A DNA stretch of 32,000 nucleotides from Demequinaceae bacterium (GTDB lineage Bacteria; Actinomycetota; Actinomycetes; Actinomycetales; Demequinaceae). The stretch is from contig OZ252279.1 of assembly GCA_965250005.1 (NCBI GenBank), forward strand, positions 1,620,001 to 1,652,000, written 5' to 3'. A model generated the notes under the pieces. The model saw only the letters and a list, made by a program, of their open reading frames with translations. It was not told where the DNA came from and made no database searches. Made by a program: the position numbers and the translations under genes. Shown here piece after piece: positions 16,328 to 25,569 of the stretch; positions within the stretch are counted from its first letter, which is position 1, and every line of letters starts with the position of its first letter.

Positions 16328-16497
16328 GAAGAGCGTGCGGGGACTTGACGTTGCTCGACCGGCGTGTGCCTCGGCGCCCGTCTCTGAACCGGGCCTACGC
16401 AGAGAAGCCACGAGCATTGCGGTCGCGGCCGGGTGAGCGCAGACTGTGGTGGTCGACGCGCGTCGAGGCGCGGTTGGAGGGGATTTGGAGGGGATGG

Positions 16498-17616
16498 CTA
16501 GCTCCCGAGCAGAACCTTCGCAGAAACCAACTTGACTGGAGCGACGGCCTTTGAAGAGGTGTCGACGCGCACTTCGATTTGCAGTTCGCGCTCGACTTCG
16601 ATTTCGAAGTAGTGGTCGTTTGTTTCTCCGCGAAACTCGTTGCCGCCGAACTCCTCGTCCGGAACGGAGAAGTAGTCTCCCTTGAAAACGAATGTACTGA
16701 ATGTGACTGTCGCCAGCAGTGACCAAGATGGATCGGGCGAATCGGGCCAAGCTGCAGCTGAATGTACGTCGAGATTCCAGCCTTCGTAATCGCCTTCCGT
16801 GTCGAGGCCGATGTGGAAGTCTAGCGCGAAGCCATCTCGGAACTCAGGATGCTCGTTCTCCGGCCCTGCGAGATCACGTTGGCTCTCTTCGGCCGCCCAC
16901 TCCATGATCAGCGCATACGCAAGAAAATCGCGTGGATGTCCTTCTTGTTGCAGCAGCGGTTCCAAGTACCGTTGAGCACTAACAATATCTGGCACCAAGA
17001 CGATCCTTTCGGCGCCTAGACCACGTTCTGACGCCTCTGCCATGAGCTCGGGTGCGAGGCGCGGGCTGGATTTAGTGCTTGTATCGACAAACGCGGCCCG
17101 GTCCTCCGTCACGAAAATGAATGTGTCGTCTTGATTTGAAGCCATCGCGGTGAGCAAACCCTCCCAAATCACGGCATCGCGAAGCCCTTTTGACTCGGGC
17201 CGCTTCGCGTTGGGATCGAAGTATGCGAACGGCCGTTGCGGCCCTAAGTCTCGTTCGACCAGCGTCTGGACCGGAATCTGTGGCCATTCGAGCAGTGTCA
17301 GCCAAGGTGCCGTGAAGTACCGCTCGCTCACCTCTTGGCTCACCCGGTCGATGTGCCCGTGGTATTCGGAAAGTTTTGTTTCGATCTCGCTATCGTTGGT
17401 GAGTTCGCGAAACTTGCGCATTGAGGCGACGGAACGGCTCTTCAACTCTTCGATTTCGCGCAGGCGGTGTCTCGCGAGCTCCGCCCGAACGACGGGAGAT
17501 AGCCAGACTTCGACATCCGCGTACTCGGATCCCAGCGCCTTCAGAATCTCGAATCGCGGGCCTTGCCAGTAGTGATCTCCAAAGAGCGAGTTCGTATCGG
17601 GATAAATGACGTACAC
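16498..17616 (-). CDS. PIN-domain-like protein with C-terminal extension
   Basis: MYVIYPDTNSLFGDHYW (N-terminal DTN), LSPVVRAELARHR, ESKGLRDAVIWEGLL, IFVTEDRAAF: PIN-type acidic motifs; resembles DUF4935/PIN-like proteins. Confidence 0.65.
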   Translation of the reverse strand: MYVIYPDTNSLFGDHYWQGPRFEILKALGSEYADVEVWLSPVVRAELARHRLREIEELKSRSVASMRKFRELTNDSEIETKLSEYHGHIDRVSQEVSERYFTAPWLTLLEWPQIPVQTLVERDLGPQRPFAYFDPNAKRPESKGLRDAVIWEGLLTAMASNQDDTFIFVTEDRAAFVDTSTKSSPRLAPELMAEASERGLGAERIVLVPDIVSAQRYLEPLLQQEGHPRDFLAYALIMEWAAEESQRDLAGPENEHPEFRDGFALDFHIGLDTEGDYEGWNLDVHSAAAWPDSPDPSWSLLATVTFSTFVFKGDYFSVPDEEFGGNEFRGETNDHYFEIEVERELQIEVRVDTSSKAVAPVKLVSAKVLLGS

Positions 17617-17843
17617 GCAATAGGCCTTTCCGATCGGCAGGATCGCGCCGAGGTTGGCTGGCGCGATTGGTGCGGTGCGACCAACGCGAACGCTCTTCCT
17701 GTGCAGGGCTCTGCCAATCTACGGCGAATGCCAAGACTTCGCATTCCCGGAGCATGTCGCCTACGGTCAACAGTGCGCCCTGCCGTGAGATTGAAGGAGA
17801 GCACCAGTACGCTTTGTGACAGCTCGACGGGAGGTGATTCGCG

Positions 17844-18341
17844 GTGGATTGGTCAGGGTTTGTGCCGACGTTGCTCGCGACTCTCGCGGGCGCGAGCGTT
17901 GGTGTCGCTGGGGTCTACCTTGCGTTCCGATGGGAGAGCAGGCGGAACTACGAGAGCGCACTGGACGGTGCACTTGCCACAGTCATGCGCGAATTTGCCG
18001 CGCGCAACGAGGCGTTGAATCATTGGTCCGCAGATCTGGCAAAGGCCTCGAGCGGGCCGGCACCCCCCGATCTCGCTCTAGTCGCCTCGATTGAAGTTGC
18101 GGAGATGCTCGCCCGAGGAAAGGATTTCGAGTTCATGAAGCAAGTCGCGATCACCTATCTCCAGATCAAGAATTCGGCGCCGCTGCGCCAGGCAAATGCG
18201 AATGCTGTTGTCGTTGGCACGATCGGCCGTTGGCGCGGAGGATGGTGGGACGCGGAGAAGGCGCAGGCAAGTTTGGACACCGCCAAATCGCTCGCGAGCG
18301 GCCGAGTGGACAATGACGACGCCACCAAAGGCGATCCGTAG
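17844..18341 (+). CDS. Small protein with N-terminal TM anchor, unknown function
   Basis: MDWSGFVPTLLATLAGASVGVAGVYLAFRWESRR followed by a soluble 130-aa region. Confidence 0.5.
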   Translation: MDWSGFVPTLLATLAGASVGVAGVYLAFRWESRRNYESALDGALATVMREFAARNEALNHWSADLAKASSGPAPPDLALVASIEVAEMLARGKDFEFMKQVAITYLQIKNSAPLRQANANAVVVGTIGRWRGGWWDAEKAQASLDTAKSLASGRVDNDDATKGDP

Positions 18342-18723
18342 CGCGGAGGCTTGTCCAGCGCGAGCACCGAAAACCCACAGTTCCCCGTCCGTTGCAGACC
18401 GCGAGCGACCGTCCGAGTCTTGCGCGAACCGCTAAAGGAGAATCAAGTCTGCAAACCCCCTTGCGGCCAACGCTCTCGTGCGGTTACCGTTGAACGACAA
18501 CTGAAAATCCAGTGCTGTTCCGAAGGCCATGCGATGTCATGAGCAACCGGAGGACGCAAGCGACTGCGCAAAGAACACGGCGACGTACCGGATCCATCTC
18601 GACTTACGCACGTGGGACGTGTAGCCGAGCAGCTGAACTCTAACGACTAGTGAAGTCGAAGGGTTCAGGCTCGGCTTTTCTGTTTCTCCGGCGACCTGAT
18701 CCTTTCGATTGAAAGGACATGTA

Positions 18724-18936
18724 ATGGCTGAAGTATCAGATCCTAAGCACTGGCTCGACACCGCCGCGGCCGCCGAGTACGTGGGTATGACCGAGCGTCA
18801 GATTCGTCGGGCACGCACGAGTGGCCACTTGGGCTGCACGAGGCTCGGAGGCAACCGGGCTCTTCACAGCATCGAACAACTCGAGGCCTATATTGAGCGC
18901 TGCGTCGAGGGCCCGAAGTCGGCTGGCGATGAGTAG
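18724..18936 (+). CDS. Excisionase-like helix-turn-helix protein
   Basis: HWLDTAAAAEYVGMTERQIRRARTSGHLGCTRLGGNRALHSIEQLEAYIE; ATG 18724 after GAAAGGA RBS. Confidence 0.75.
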   Translation: MAEVSDPKHWLDTAAAAEYVGMTERQIRRARTSGHLGCTRLGGNRALHSIEQLEAYIERCVEGPKSAGDE

Positions 18937-19558
18937 GCCACTCGATCAGTTCAGCCATGTAGCCACATACCGTTACACCGATCACAACGGACGCACGCTC
19001 TTTGAGAAGCGACGGTACGAGTTCCTCGACCCGATTGGCGATGTCCGCGAGAAGACGTTTCGATACTGGGACCCGGCGACGCAGCGGATGCGCAAGCCTT
19101 CGGGTGCTGATCGTTGCCTGTATCGGATTCCTTCATTGCGGGTCGCGTTGCGGCGCGGCAGGCCAATTCATTTGCCGGAGGGCGAGAAGGATGCCGATGC
19201 CCTGCGCGAGGCGGGCGTTGTCGCAACGTCCCATCACCAAGGCGCTGGGCATTCGACTCTGGATCAGGCGCGTCTGCTTCGGCGCGCTTCCCGGGTCGTG
19301 CTTTGGATGGATCGCGACAGCCCAAACCCTGAAGTCGGCGCGTACGACGTTGCGCTGCGGTACAACAACTTGATCTCGGCCGGGCTCCGTCCGGATCAGT
19401 TGACGATAGTTGGCGCACGTACAGGCAAGGACCCGTTCGACCATCTTCAACACCACAACATGGATGACTCCATTGAGATCGACCGGGAGTGGCTCTCCTC
19501 TACGGCGTGGCGGTTCACGAAACGAAGCGCGCGAGAGAAGGGGTATCGACGTGTCTGA
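18929..19558 (+). CDS. TOPRIM/primase-like protein
   Basis: ATG 18929 overlaps the HTH stop; YRYTDHNGRTLFEKRRYE, CLYRIPSLR, IHLPEGEKDADALREAGVVATS, ASRVVLWMDRDSPN typical of TOPRIM-type primase domains in mobile elements. Confidence 0.75.
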   Translation: MSRPLDQFSHVATYRYTDHNGRTLFEKRRYEFLDPIGDVREKTFRYWDPATQRMRKPSGADRCLYRIPSLRVALRRGRPIHLPEGEKDADALREAGVVATSHHQGAGHSTLDQARLLRRASRVVLWMDRDSPNPEVGAYDVALRYNNLISAGLRPDQLTIVGARTGKDPFDHLQHHNMDDSIEIDREWLSSTAWRFTKRSAREKGYRRV

Positions 19559-19753
19559 GCTGATGATCCCCGGGAGCCGCCTGAGCGGTTTCAGTTTGAG
19601 GCAGAGGTTGAGCGGCGCGTCTGGCAGGAGCGGGCGCGCCGCGAGGCGACCCTGCGCCTCGCCGCCGACGAAGCGCGCAGTGGCTTCACAACTCTCTCAG
19701 GCAGGTCCCTGGCAGATGCACTGGCGGCGGAACCCGTCGAAGAGCAGCCGTGG

Positions 19754-20740
19754 GTGATCGAGGGTCTGCAACGAGTCGGTCACAAGGCCACCCTGGTCGC
19801 CCAATACAAGGCCGGCAAGACCACGTTTGTTACCAACGTCGCAAAGGCGCTGGTCGATGGAGAGCCGTTCGCCGGCAAGTTTGAGACGTTCTTGCCAGAA
19901 GGAAACGTCGTCTGTTTCGACTACGAACTACAGCCTCGTGACAGCCTCGACAACTTCCGACGCGTCGGCGTGAGAAACACCCATCGGATACTCGTTGAAC
20001 ATCTGCGGGGCGATCACCTCAATCTTGCGAACGACTATGTTGCGAACCACGTCGTCGAGTACCTGAAAAAGCATGACGCCGCCTACCTGATTCTCGACAC
20101 GTTTGGCCGTGCCATGCGCGGGTTTGGAGAGGAGAACTCGAACGACGATGTGCGGGCTTTTTTCATGCAGATGGACAGAATTCTTCGCGAAGCTGGTTTG
20201 TTGGGCTGTCTCATACCGGTTCACACAGGGCGTTCCGCTGAGGCGGGTGCACAGAGCCGGGCACGAGGTGCGAGTGTGCTGGACGACGACCCCGATGTGA
20301 GATGGGTACTGCATCGCAATGGCGACCAACGGTCTTTGAGTGCTGAGGGGCGAGCGGGAATATCAGTAGAAAAGACTCCGCTCGCCTTCGATCCCGAGAC
20401 GCGGCGGCTCTCTGTTTCAGCCCGCCGGACGCTGATTCCCGAAAGCCTCCGCGAGAAGATCCTGGCCTACGTCGAAGCGTCTCCAGGTTGTTCCTTGCGG
20501 TCAATCAAGGGTGGCGTCTCGGGCAGGGACACGGCCATCGCGGATAATGTCAGAGTCCTGCTTGAAGAGAGGCGACTTCAACTTAGGGGTGGGCCGGGTC
20601 GGTCCCACCGCCACTACGCAACTGCAGATGAGCCTGATGCGCACCGAGGCCGCGAGGCCCCCTCTAAGGAGGGGCCTCGGGCCTCGGGAGGCGCGTCATC
20701 GCGCAAGGATGACTCGGGTGTTGGGCGCGGCGATGAGTGA
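19754..20740 (+). CDS. RepA-like AAA ATPase/helicase
   Basis: LVAQYKAGKTTFVTNVAKAL Walker A-like, VVCFDYEL, AAYLILDTFGRAM Walker B-like. Frame is open upstream to the TGA at 19556-19558, so the N-terminus may be longer. Confidence 0.75.
   Translation: MIEGLQRVGHKATLVAQYKAGKTTFVTNVAKALVDGEPFAGKFETFLPEGNVVCFDYELQPRDSLDNFRRVGVRNTHRILVEHLRGDHLNLANDYVANHVVEYLKKHDAAYLILDTFGRAMRGFGEENSNDDVRAFFMQMDRILREAGLLGCLIPVHTGRSAEAGAQSRARGASVLDDDPDVRWVLHRNGDQRSLSAEGRAGISVEKTPLAFDPETRRLSVSARRTLIPESLREKILAYVEASPGCSLRSIKGGVSGRDTAIADNVRVLLEERRLQLRGGPGRSHRHYATADEPDAHRGREAPSKEGPRASGGASSRKDDSGVGRGDE
20653..20679. repeat. Perfect 9-bp inverted repeat (hairpin) within the ATPase 3' end
   Basis: cgaggcccc-ctctaagga-ggggcctcg. 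Confidence 0.6.
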
Positions 20741-20900
20741 ACTCAGCGAACCGCGTAGGCGGCCCAGCGAGGGCCTCTTCGCCAGAGAAATGCCTGCTCC
20801 GCAGGGGTTGCATCCCCTCGTGATTTCCGACCCTTTGCATCGCGAAATTCGATCCCCTGTAGCCAAGACGTCCGTATTGGCGTTCGATTCCCTCTCAACG

Positions 20901-21569
20901 ATGTCGGCGATTGCGAAGGAGAAGCCCGTGAGCAAGGTCGTTGGATACATGCGAGTGAGCACGGAGGAGCAAGGACGGAGCGGCCTAGGGTTGGAGGGTC
21001 AACGTCAAGCGATCGCCTCACACGCCAAGGCGAAGGGGTGGGACGTCGTCTGGCTTGCCGACGAAGGCGCGTCTGCGAAATCGCTTGCCCGTCCCGCGCT
21101 TCAGGAAGCGCTCGCCCGGTTGAGTCAAGGTGAGGCGAGTGCTCTCGTGGTGTCGAAGCTGGACCGTCTTTCGCGCTCGGTGCAGGACTTCGCGAGCCTA
21201 TTGGAGATTGCCAAGAAACAAGAGTGGGCGGTCAATGCTCTCGATGTTGGTGTAGACACGACAACGTCCGGCGGTGAGCTGGTCGCGAACGTCATGGCCG
21301 CCGTCGCCCAATGGGAGAGACGCGCAATCGGCGAGCGCACCTCGGTCGCACTACGCGCCGCCCAGGAGAGGGGTGTGAAACTCGGCCGTCCGCGCGCCGT
21401 CTCAGGCGCCGCCGTGAGGCGAATGGTGGAACTTCGCGCGCTCGGGATGTCGTTTCGGCGCGTCGCGGAAGCCCTCAACGCCGAGGGGGTGGCGACCGCT
21501 CATGGTGGGCGGTGGCACCCAAGCACAGTCTCGCGGATCGTCGGCCGCGAGCCCCAGGGGGCGGCCTGA
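20901..21569 (+). CDS. Serine recombinase (resolvase/invertase family)
   Basis: VVGYMRVSTEEQGRSGLGLEGQRQAI, VSKLDRLSRSVQDF, NVMAAVAQWERRAIGERT, LGRPR and C-terminal HTH WHPSTVSRIV. Confidence 0.92.
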   Translation: MSAIAKEKPVSKVVGYMRVSTEEQGRSGLGLEGQRQAIASHAKAKGWDVVWLADEGASAKSLARPALQEALARLSQGEASALVVSKLDRLSRSVQDFASLLEIAKKQEWAVNALDVGVDTTTSGGELVANVMAAVAQWERRAIGERTSVALRAAQERGVKLGRPRAVSGAAVRRMVELRALGMSFRRVAEALNAEGVATAHGGRWHPSTVSRIVGREPQGAA

Positions 21570-22705
21570 TGGCCCATTTGCGCGAAGTCTCCCGAGCCAC
21601 CGGCATCGCGCACGAAGTTCGCTGGCGCGTTCACGGCAGATTCCAGCAACGTACGTTCTCTGTGAAGCGTGAAGCCGAGCGGTTCGCTCTCAAGGTTGAG
21701 ACCGAGTTGCAGGACGGCGGCTCGACTCATTTGCTCGTTCGCCGCGACGAGACTGTCTCCGCGGTGATCGCCGAAAGCCTGGCCGCATCACGCGCGTCGC
21801 TCAAGGAGCGCACCTACCTTTCGTACGTGTCGATCTACGAAGGCCGCATTCTGCCGCGCTTCGGTCACCGCAAGGTCGTCTCCGTAACCAGGGCTGAAGT
21901 TCAAGGTTGGGTCAACGATCTCCACGACGAAGGTCTCGCGGCGGCCACCGTCCACCACCACTACATCGCACTGAAAAAGGCATTCCGCTACGCATTGGAC
22001 GACCGGCTGATTGCCCACAGCCCGTGCGACGCAGTATGGCTGCCCAAGGGCGATACACGTGAGGGCTTCGAGCCGGTGTTTCTCACCGCCTCCCAAGTCG
22101 AGGCACTGGCGGCCCGGCTCGACATCGCGCATCCCTACGGGCTCCTCGTCCGCTTCGCGGCATACACGGGCCTCCGCGCTGGTGAGATAACCGGCCTGCG
22201 CATCCGCGACCTCGACCTCGAGAATGGCCGAATCTCCGTGCGCCAAACTCTGCAACGCATTCAAGGCGAGTGGGTTGTGGGGACACCGAAGTCGAAGCGT
22301 TCCACGAGAGTCGTCCCACTGCTCGATCGGCGACTTGTCGCCGACATCCGAAACCTGTTGGATGAGCATCCGAACTCGGGCGACTCCGAGGCTCTTGTGT
22401 GGCCTGGCAGGGTGCCTGGCTCTCACCGCATCGCCTGGGATCGCGTCTTCGATGTCGCGTCGTTCCGGCGAAACTACATGCGGCCCGCGCTCGCAGACAG
22501 CGGGCTACCGGACATGCGATTTCATGACCTGCGCCATACTTTCGCTTCGCTGGCGATTGCCGCAGGTTTCGCGCCATACAAGACCAGTCGGTGGTTGGGG
22601 CACGCTAGCGTTGCCACGACTGACCTCATCTACGCGCACATGTACGCTATCGACCACGAAAGCGTTGCCGACCAATTTGAGACCTTTTTGATGGGTGGGA
22701 ACTAG
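21569..22705 (+). CDS. Tyrosine-type site-specific integrase
   Basis: ATG 21569 overlaps the resolvase stop; AAYTGLRAGEITGLRIRDLDL, FHDLRHTFASLAIAAG, SRWLGHASVATTDLIYAHMY (R-HxxR-H-Y). Confidence 0.95.
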   Translation: MAHLREVSRATGIAHEVRWRVHGRFQQRTFSVKREAERFALKVETELQDGGSTHLLVRRDETVSAVIAESLAASRASLKERTYLSYVSIYEGRILPRFGHRKVVSVTRAEVQGWVNDLHDEGLAAATVHHHYIALKKAFRYALDDRLIAHSPCDAVWLPKGDTREGFEPVFLTASQVEALAARLDIAHPYGLLVRFAAYTGLRAGEITGLRIRDLDLENGRISVRQTLQRIQGEWVVGTPKSKRSTRVVPLLDRRLVADIRNLLDEHPNSGDSEALVWPGRVPGSHRIAWDRVFDVASFRRNYMRPALADSGLPDMRFHDLRHTFASLAIAAGFAPYKTSRWLGHASVATTDLIYAHMYAIDHESVADQFETFLMGGN

Positions 22706-22739
22706 TCCCCAGCGCCGGTTGAAGCAAGAGGGTCCTCGG

Positions 22740-24350
22740 CTAGTTTGCGGCGGCGGGCTTCCTCTTCCGCGAATCCCGCCGTTCCGAGTGGAATGCCGAG
22801 ATGCCCTGTTGTAGCCGCAGGAGCGCTGTTCGCAAGTCGTCCTCTGCTACTTGACTTCCTGTCTCCACGCAGAATCTCAAACTCCGCGCGACAAGGGCGT
22901 CTGCATCGCACCTGGTGCTCAAGGCTGCCACGTTGATTCGCTGCAGCAACTTCTTCGTAATCGGCCGTTTTGAGTCGGTGAATGACAGTGATCTAATGAG
23001 CGCATCAGCTGGCTCGCTCGTGAGAACCGCGAGGGTGATCGCGGCGTCATCAAGGCGATCGAAGGGCGCGATGTACGTCACGTCATCGAAGACGACCGGC
23101 TTGCCAGCGATCGGGCCGACCAGACGAAACACAGGATCCTTGTGCATCCCAGAGATTGCGACCTTGTACGGTGCAAAGCTGTAGTCGCCGATACCAAACA
23201 CTGCGAAGCGTGGGCGGCGCGTGTAGATCGACGACTTGCGTCCGTCGAGTTTCTCCGCGTGCTCTTCCAGATACGCGTAGGTCTTGGGCGCCTCGACCGC
23301 GACGATGTCCGTGTCGTCGGAAGGGTGGCGCTGAGGCACCACCATCCATTTCGCGAGCGTGGTGGTTCTGCCGCGGAATACATCCGTGCACTTCAGCAGT
23401 GGGTATAGGAACGTGGGCTCGAGGTCTAGGAGTTCGCCATCTTTGCGTCGCGGATCGGGCGTTGCTTCGAGTTCCATCACCGCGCTCGCATCGTGCTTGA
23501 CCCCCTGCCTCCATTCCAAGTGGGAATCGCCGTCGGCAAAACGAGTCCGCTCGTAGTCGTCAACGTTCGAGACAAGCCGCCCATCGATGACGCCGATCCG
23601 CTTTGTGGGTTCTGCCGCGTCGAGACTGTCAAAAACGTCTGCGACGTAGTTACCGGCGCTGGACGCCGTCTCCAGTATCAGGAGGCATGCGTCGACGTTG
23701 GCGCCGAACCGCTTTTTCGCATCGAGACCGTAGACGCGAGTTGACTTCAGTGGTAGCGCATTCTGCTCTGCGAACTGGAGAATGTTGCGCGCTACTTGAG
23801 ACTTGCAGAGCATGGCAATTGTGGGCTGCTGGGGTGCAAGTTGGACCAGCAGTTTCAGGATGATGGACTCGGCGAGATCGAAATTGCTGGCACCCGTCAT
23901 TGCTTCCAGTCCGCTGAGGCCCCGGATATTCTCCAGTTTGGGCTTGTTTGCGGACGCCATGCGAGTGAGATCGGAATTCGTCACCCACGGTGGATTGCCC
24001 ACGACGAGGAGGCGGCCATCCTCATGCCAAGCGAGGTCGGCGGCAAAGTCGAACTGCATTGCATCGGCTTGGTGAACCTTGGTCAGCCTGCCCGCAGCCT
24101 CGGCGTACTCGGGTTGGAGTTCGACGCCGATCACTTCTGCACTGGGAAGCGCCTTCTGGGCCGCTCGAATGAAGTTGCCAGAGCCGCACGTAGGCTCGAG
24201 CACGCGCGCAAATTGAAGGCGCTTCAGTAGCCCGAGTACGGCGTTGGCGAGCTCAAGAGGAGTCTGGAAGTCTCCGTATTGGTCCTTAGGCAATGAGATC
24301 ACTAATTCCGCTGTCGCTCTCGGACTGTGCCAATCCGATAGCACGGCCAT
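22740..24350 (-). CDS. DNA adenine-N6 methyltransferase of an R-M system
   Basis: YGDFQTPLELANAVL, VLEPTCGSGNFI (SAM motif), LLVVGNPPWVTNSDL (NPPW). ORF track start 24374; MAVLSDW at 24350 also plausible. Confidence 0.85.
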   Translation of the reverse strand: MAVLSDWHSPRATAELVISLPKDQYGDFQTPLELANAVLGLLKRLQFARVLEPTCGSGNFIRAAQKALPSAEVIGVELQPEYAEAAGRLTKVHQADAMQFDFAADLAWHEDGRLLVVGNPPWVTNSDLTRMASANKPKLENIRGLSGLEAMTGASNFDLAESIILKLLVQLAPQQPTIAMLCKSQVARNILQFAEQNALPLKSTRVYGLDAKKRFGANVDACLLILETASSAGNYVADVFDSLDAAEPTKRIGVIDGRLVSNVDDYERTRFADGDSHLEWRQGVKHDASAVMELEATPDPRRKDGELLDLEPTFLYPLLKCTDVFRGRTTTLAKWMVVPQRHPSDDTDIVAVEAPKTYAYLEEHAEKLDGRKSSIYTRRPRFAVFGIGDYSFAPYKVAISGMHKDPVFRLVGPIAGKPVVFDDVTYIAPFDRLDDAAITLAVLTSEPADALIRSLSFTDSKRPITKKLLQRINVAALSTRCDADALVARSLRFCVETGSQVAEDDLRTALLRLQQGISAFHSERRDSRKRKPAAAN

Positions 24351-24948
24351 ACTGAAGCCGCCACTGCAGAGCATTCGACATCGTCAGCCCTCCGAGGGCA
24401 GGTGGTTCGGCGAGTATCCGCTCAGCCAGTTGACGGCGACTCTCGGAGTCGAGTGGGAGGTTCTTTTCCTCGAGGAAGGCGTCGACTTCTTCAGCCAGCC
24501 CCCCTCTTGCAGCAAGCGCGATGAGGTGCTTCGTCATTTGGTAGTCGGCGGTACGGTTCGCTCCGATGAAGAGAGCGTTCACGAACTTTAGACGTGCCGT
24601 TTGAGTTTCTTGATCGTCGATTTTCTCGTATACCAGGACGAGAAGGCTGTATCCGAGCCCGTAAATCTTCTGCGTCGCGTTGCGAAACGGACAACTGGAC
24701 TGGGGTTGCTTCGCCGAGGTCACCTTCAGGTCTACTTGAACCTCGGGGAAGTCAATGCCGCTAGCTGAGTTTCCTGAGGTGAGCGCGAAGCGCTCATGGA
24801 TGTAGTCCTTGAACCCGTGCTCAACGTGTGTGCCGATTGCCTTCCCGTCTGTGACCCCAAAGAGTTCCGGAACGCCCTGAGTCGACAGGAGGCGAGCATA
24901 CTCAGCTGCAGATCCCTTCAGGGTCTCGATCGAGAGCTCGGGTTTCAT
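24286..24948 (-). CDS. Putative type II restriction endonuclease
   Basis: GIDFPEVQVDLKVTSAKQPQSSCPF fits a PD-(D/E)xK-like active site; overlaps and precedes the methyltransferase. Confidence 0.65.
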   Translation of the reverse strand: MKPELSIETLKGSAAEYARLLSTQGVPELFGVTDGKAIGTHVEHGFKDYIHERFALTSGNSASGIDFPEVQVDLKVTSAKQPQSSCPFRNATQKIYGLGYSLLVLVYEKIDDQETQTARLKFVNALFIGANRTADYQMTKHLIALAARGGLAEEVDAFLEEKNLPLDSESRRQLAERILAEPPALGGLTMSNALQWRLQYGRAIGLAQSESDSGISDLIA

Positions 24949-25124
24949 GACGCACCTTTCCAGTCAAGTACTTGCATCGGCCCAATCTACGGGTCATCGT
25001 TGCTAGACCCTGTGACGACAGGCCGAAGGCGAGGTCCAACGGAGCCAGTCAAGTCGTCTCCGAGGGGTTCTGGAGGGGATGCGCCTTCACCCCGCAACCG
25101 CCCGGGCCGCGTTCACCCTGGTAG

Positions 25125-25203
<79 letters not shown>

Positions 25204-25257
25204 TCCGATATCTTACGAGGCCTGACCGCCCGCGAAGACCGGAGCGCCTCGTGCGCG

Positions 25258-25569
25258 CTACCAGCCGAGTGCGAGCAACGCGGCGAACACCACCGCGCCG
25301 ACCACCATCGACAGCCCGGTGCTGCGACGCCAAACAGCGACGCCGATCGAGACCGACCCGGCGATGTGCCACGCACCGGGCGTCCGCCACTGGCCGGCAT
25401 CGAGCAAGAGGGAGTTGGCGATGATCGCCGCCATCGCGGCGGGAGCGATGAGCCTGAGTGAGCGCATCACGCGTGCCGGTAACTGGCGTCCGCCAAGGAA
25501 CACGATGCCGGAGATGCGGATCAGGTACGTCCCAATCGCGGCCGCAAGGAAGATCAGTGCGTACTTCAT
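25258..25569 (-). CDS. azlD: Branched-chain amino acid transporter AzlD-like subunit
   Basis: 103 aa AzlD-like membrane protein, overlapping azlC; YALIFLAAAIGTYLIRISGIVFLG, FAALLALGW. Confidence 0.85.
   Translation of the reverse strand: MKYALIFLAAAIGTYLIRISGIVFLGGRQLPARVMRSLRLIAPAAMAAIIANSLLLDAGQWRTPGAWHIAGSVSIGVAVWRRSTGLSMVVGAVVFAALLALGW

Noticed and set aside
16284-16330. A second functional tRNA-Lys gene
   Set aside because: Only the 3' portion is present; the anticodon base context and 5' half are absent, so it is an att remnant.
18951-19418. Minus-strand 155-aa ORF antisense to the TOPRIM gene
   Set aside because: Shadow ORF opposite a well-supported coding region.
20511-20900. N-terminal extension of the serine recombinase ORF (track start 20511)
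   Set aside because: Overlaps the ATPase 3' end and reads low-complexity basic sequence; conserved recombinase begins around MSAIAKEKPVSKVVGYMRVS at 20901.
21311-21568. N-terminal extension of the tyrosine integrase ORF
   Set aside because: Out-of-frame reading of the serine recombinase 3' half; ATG 21569 gives a normal integrase N-terminus.
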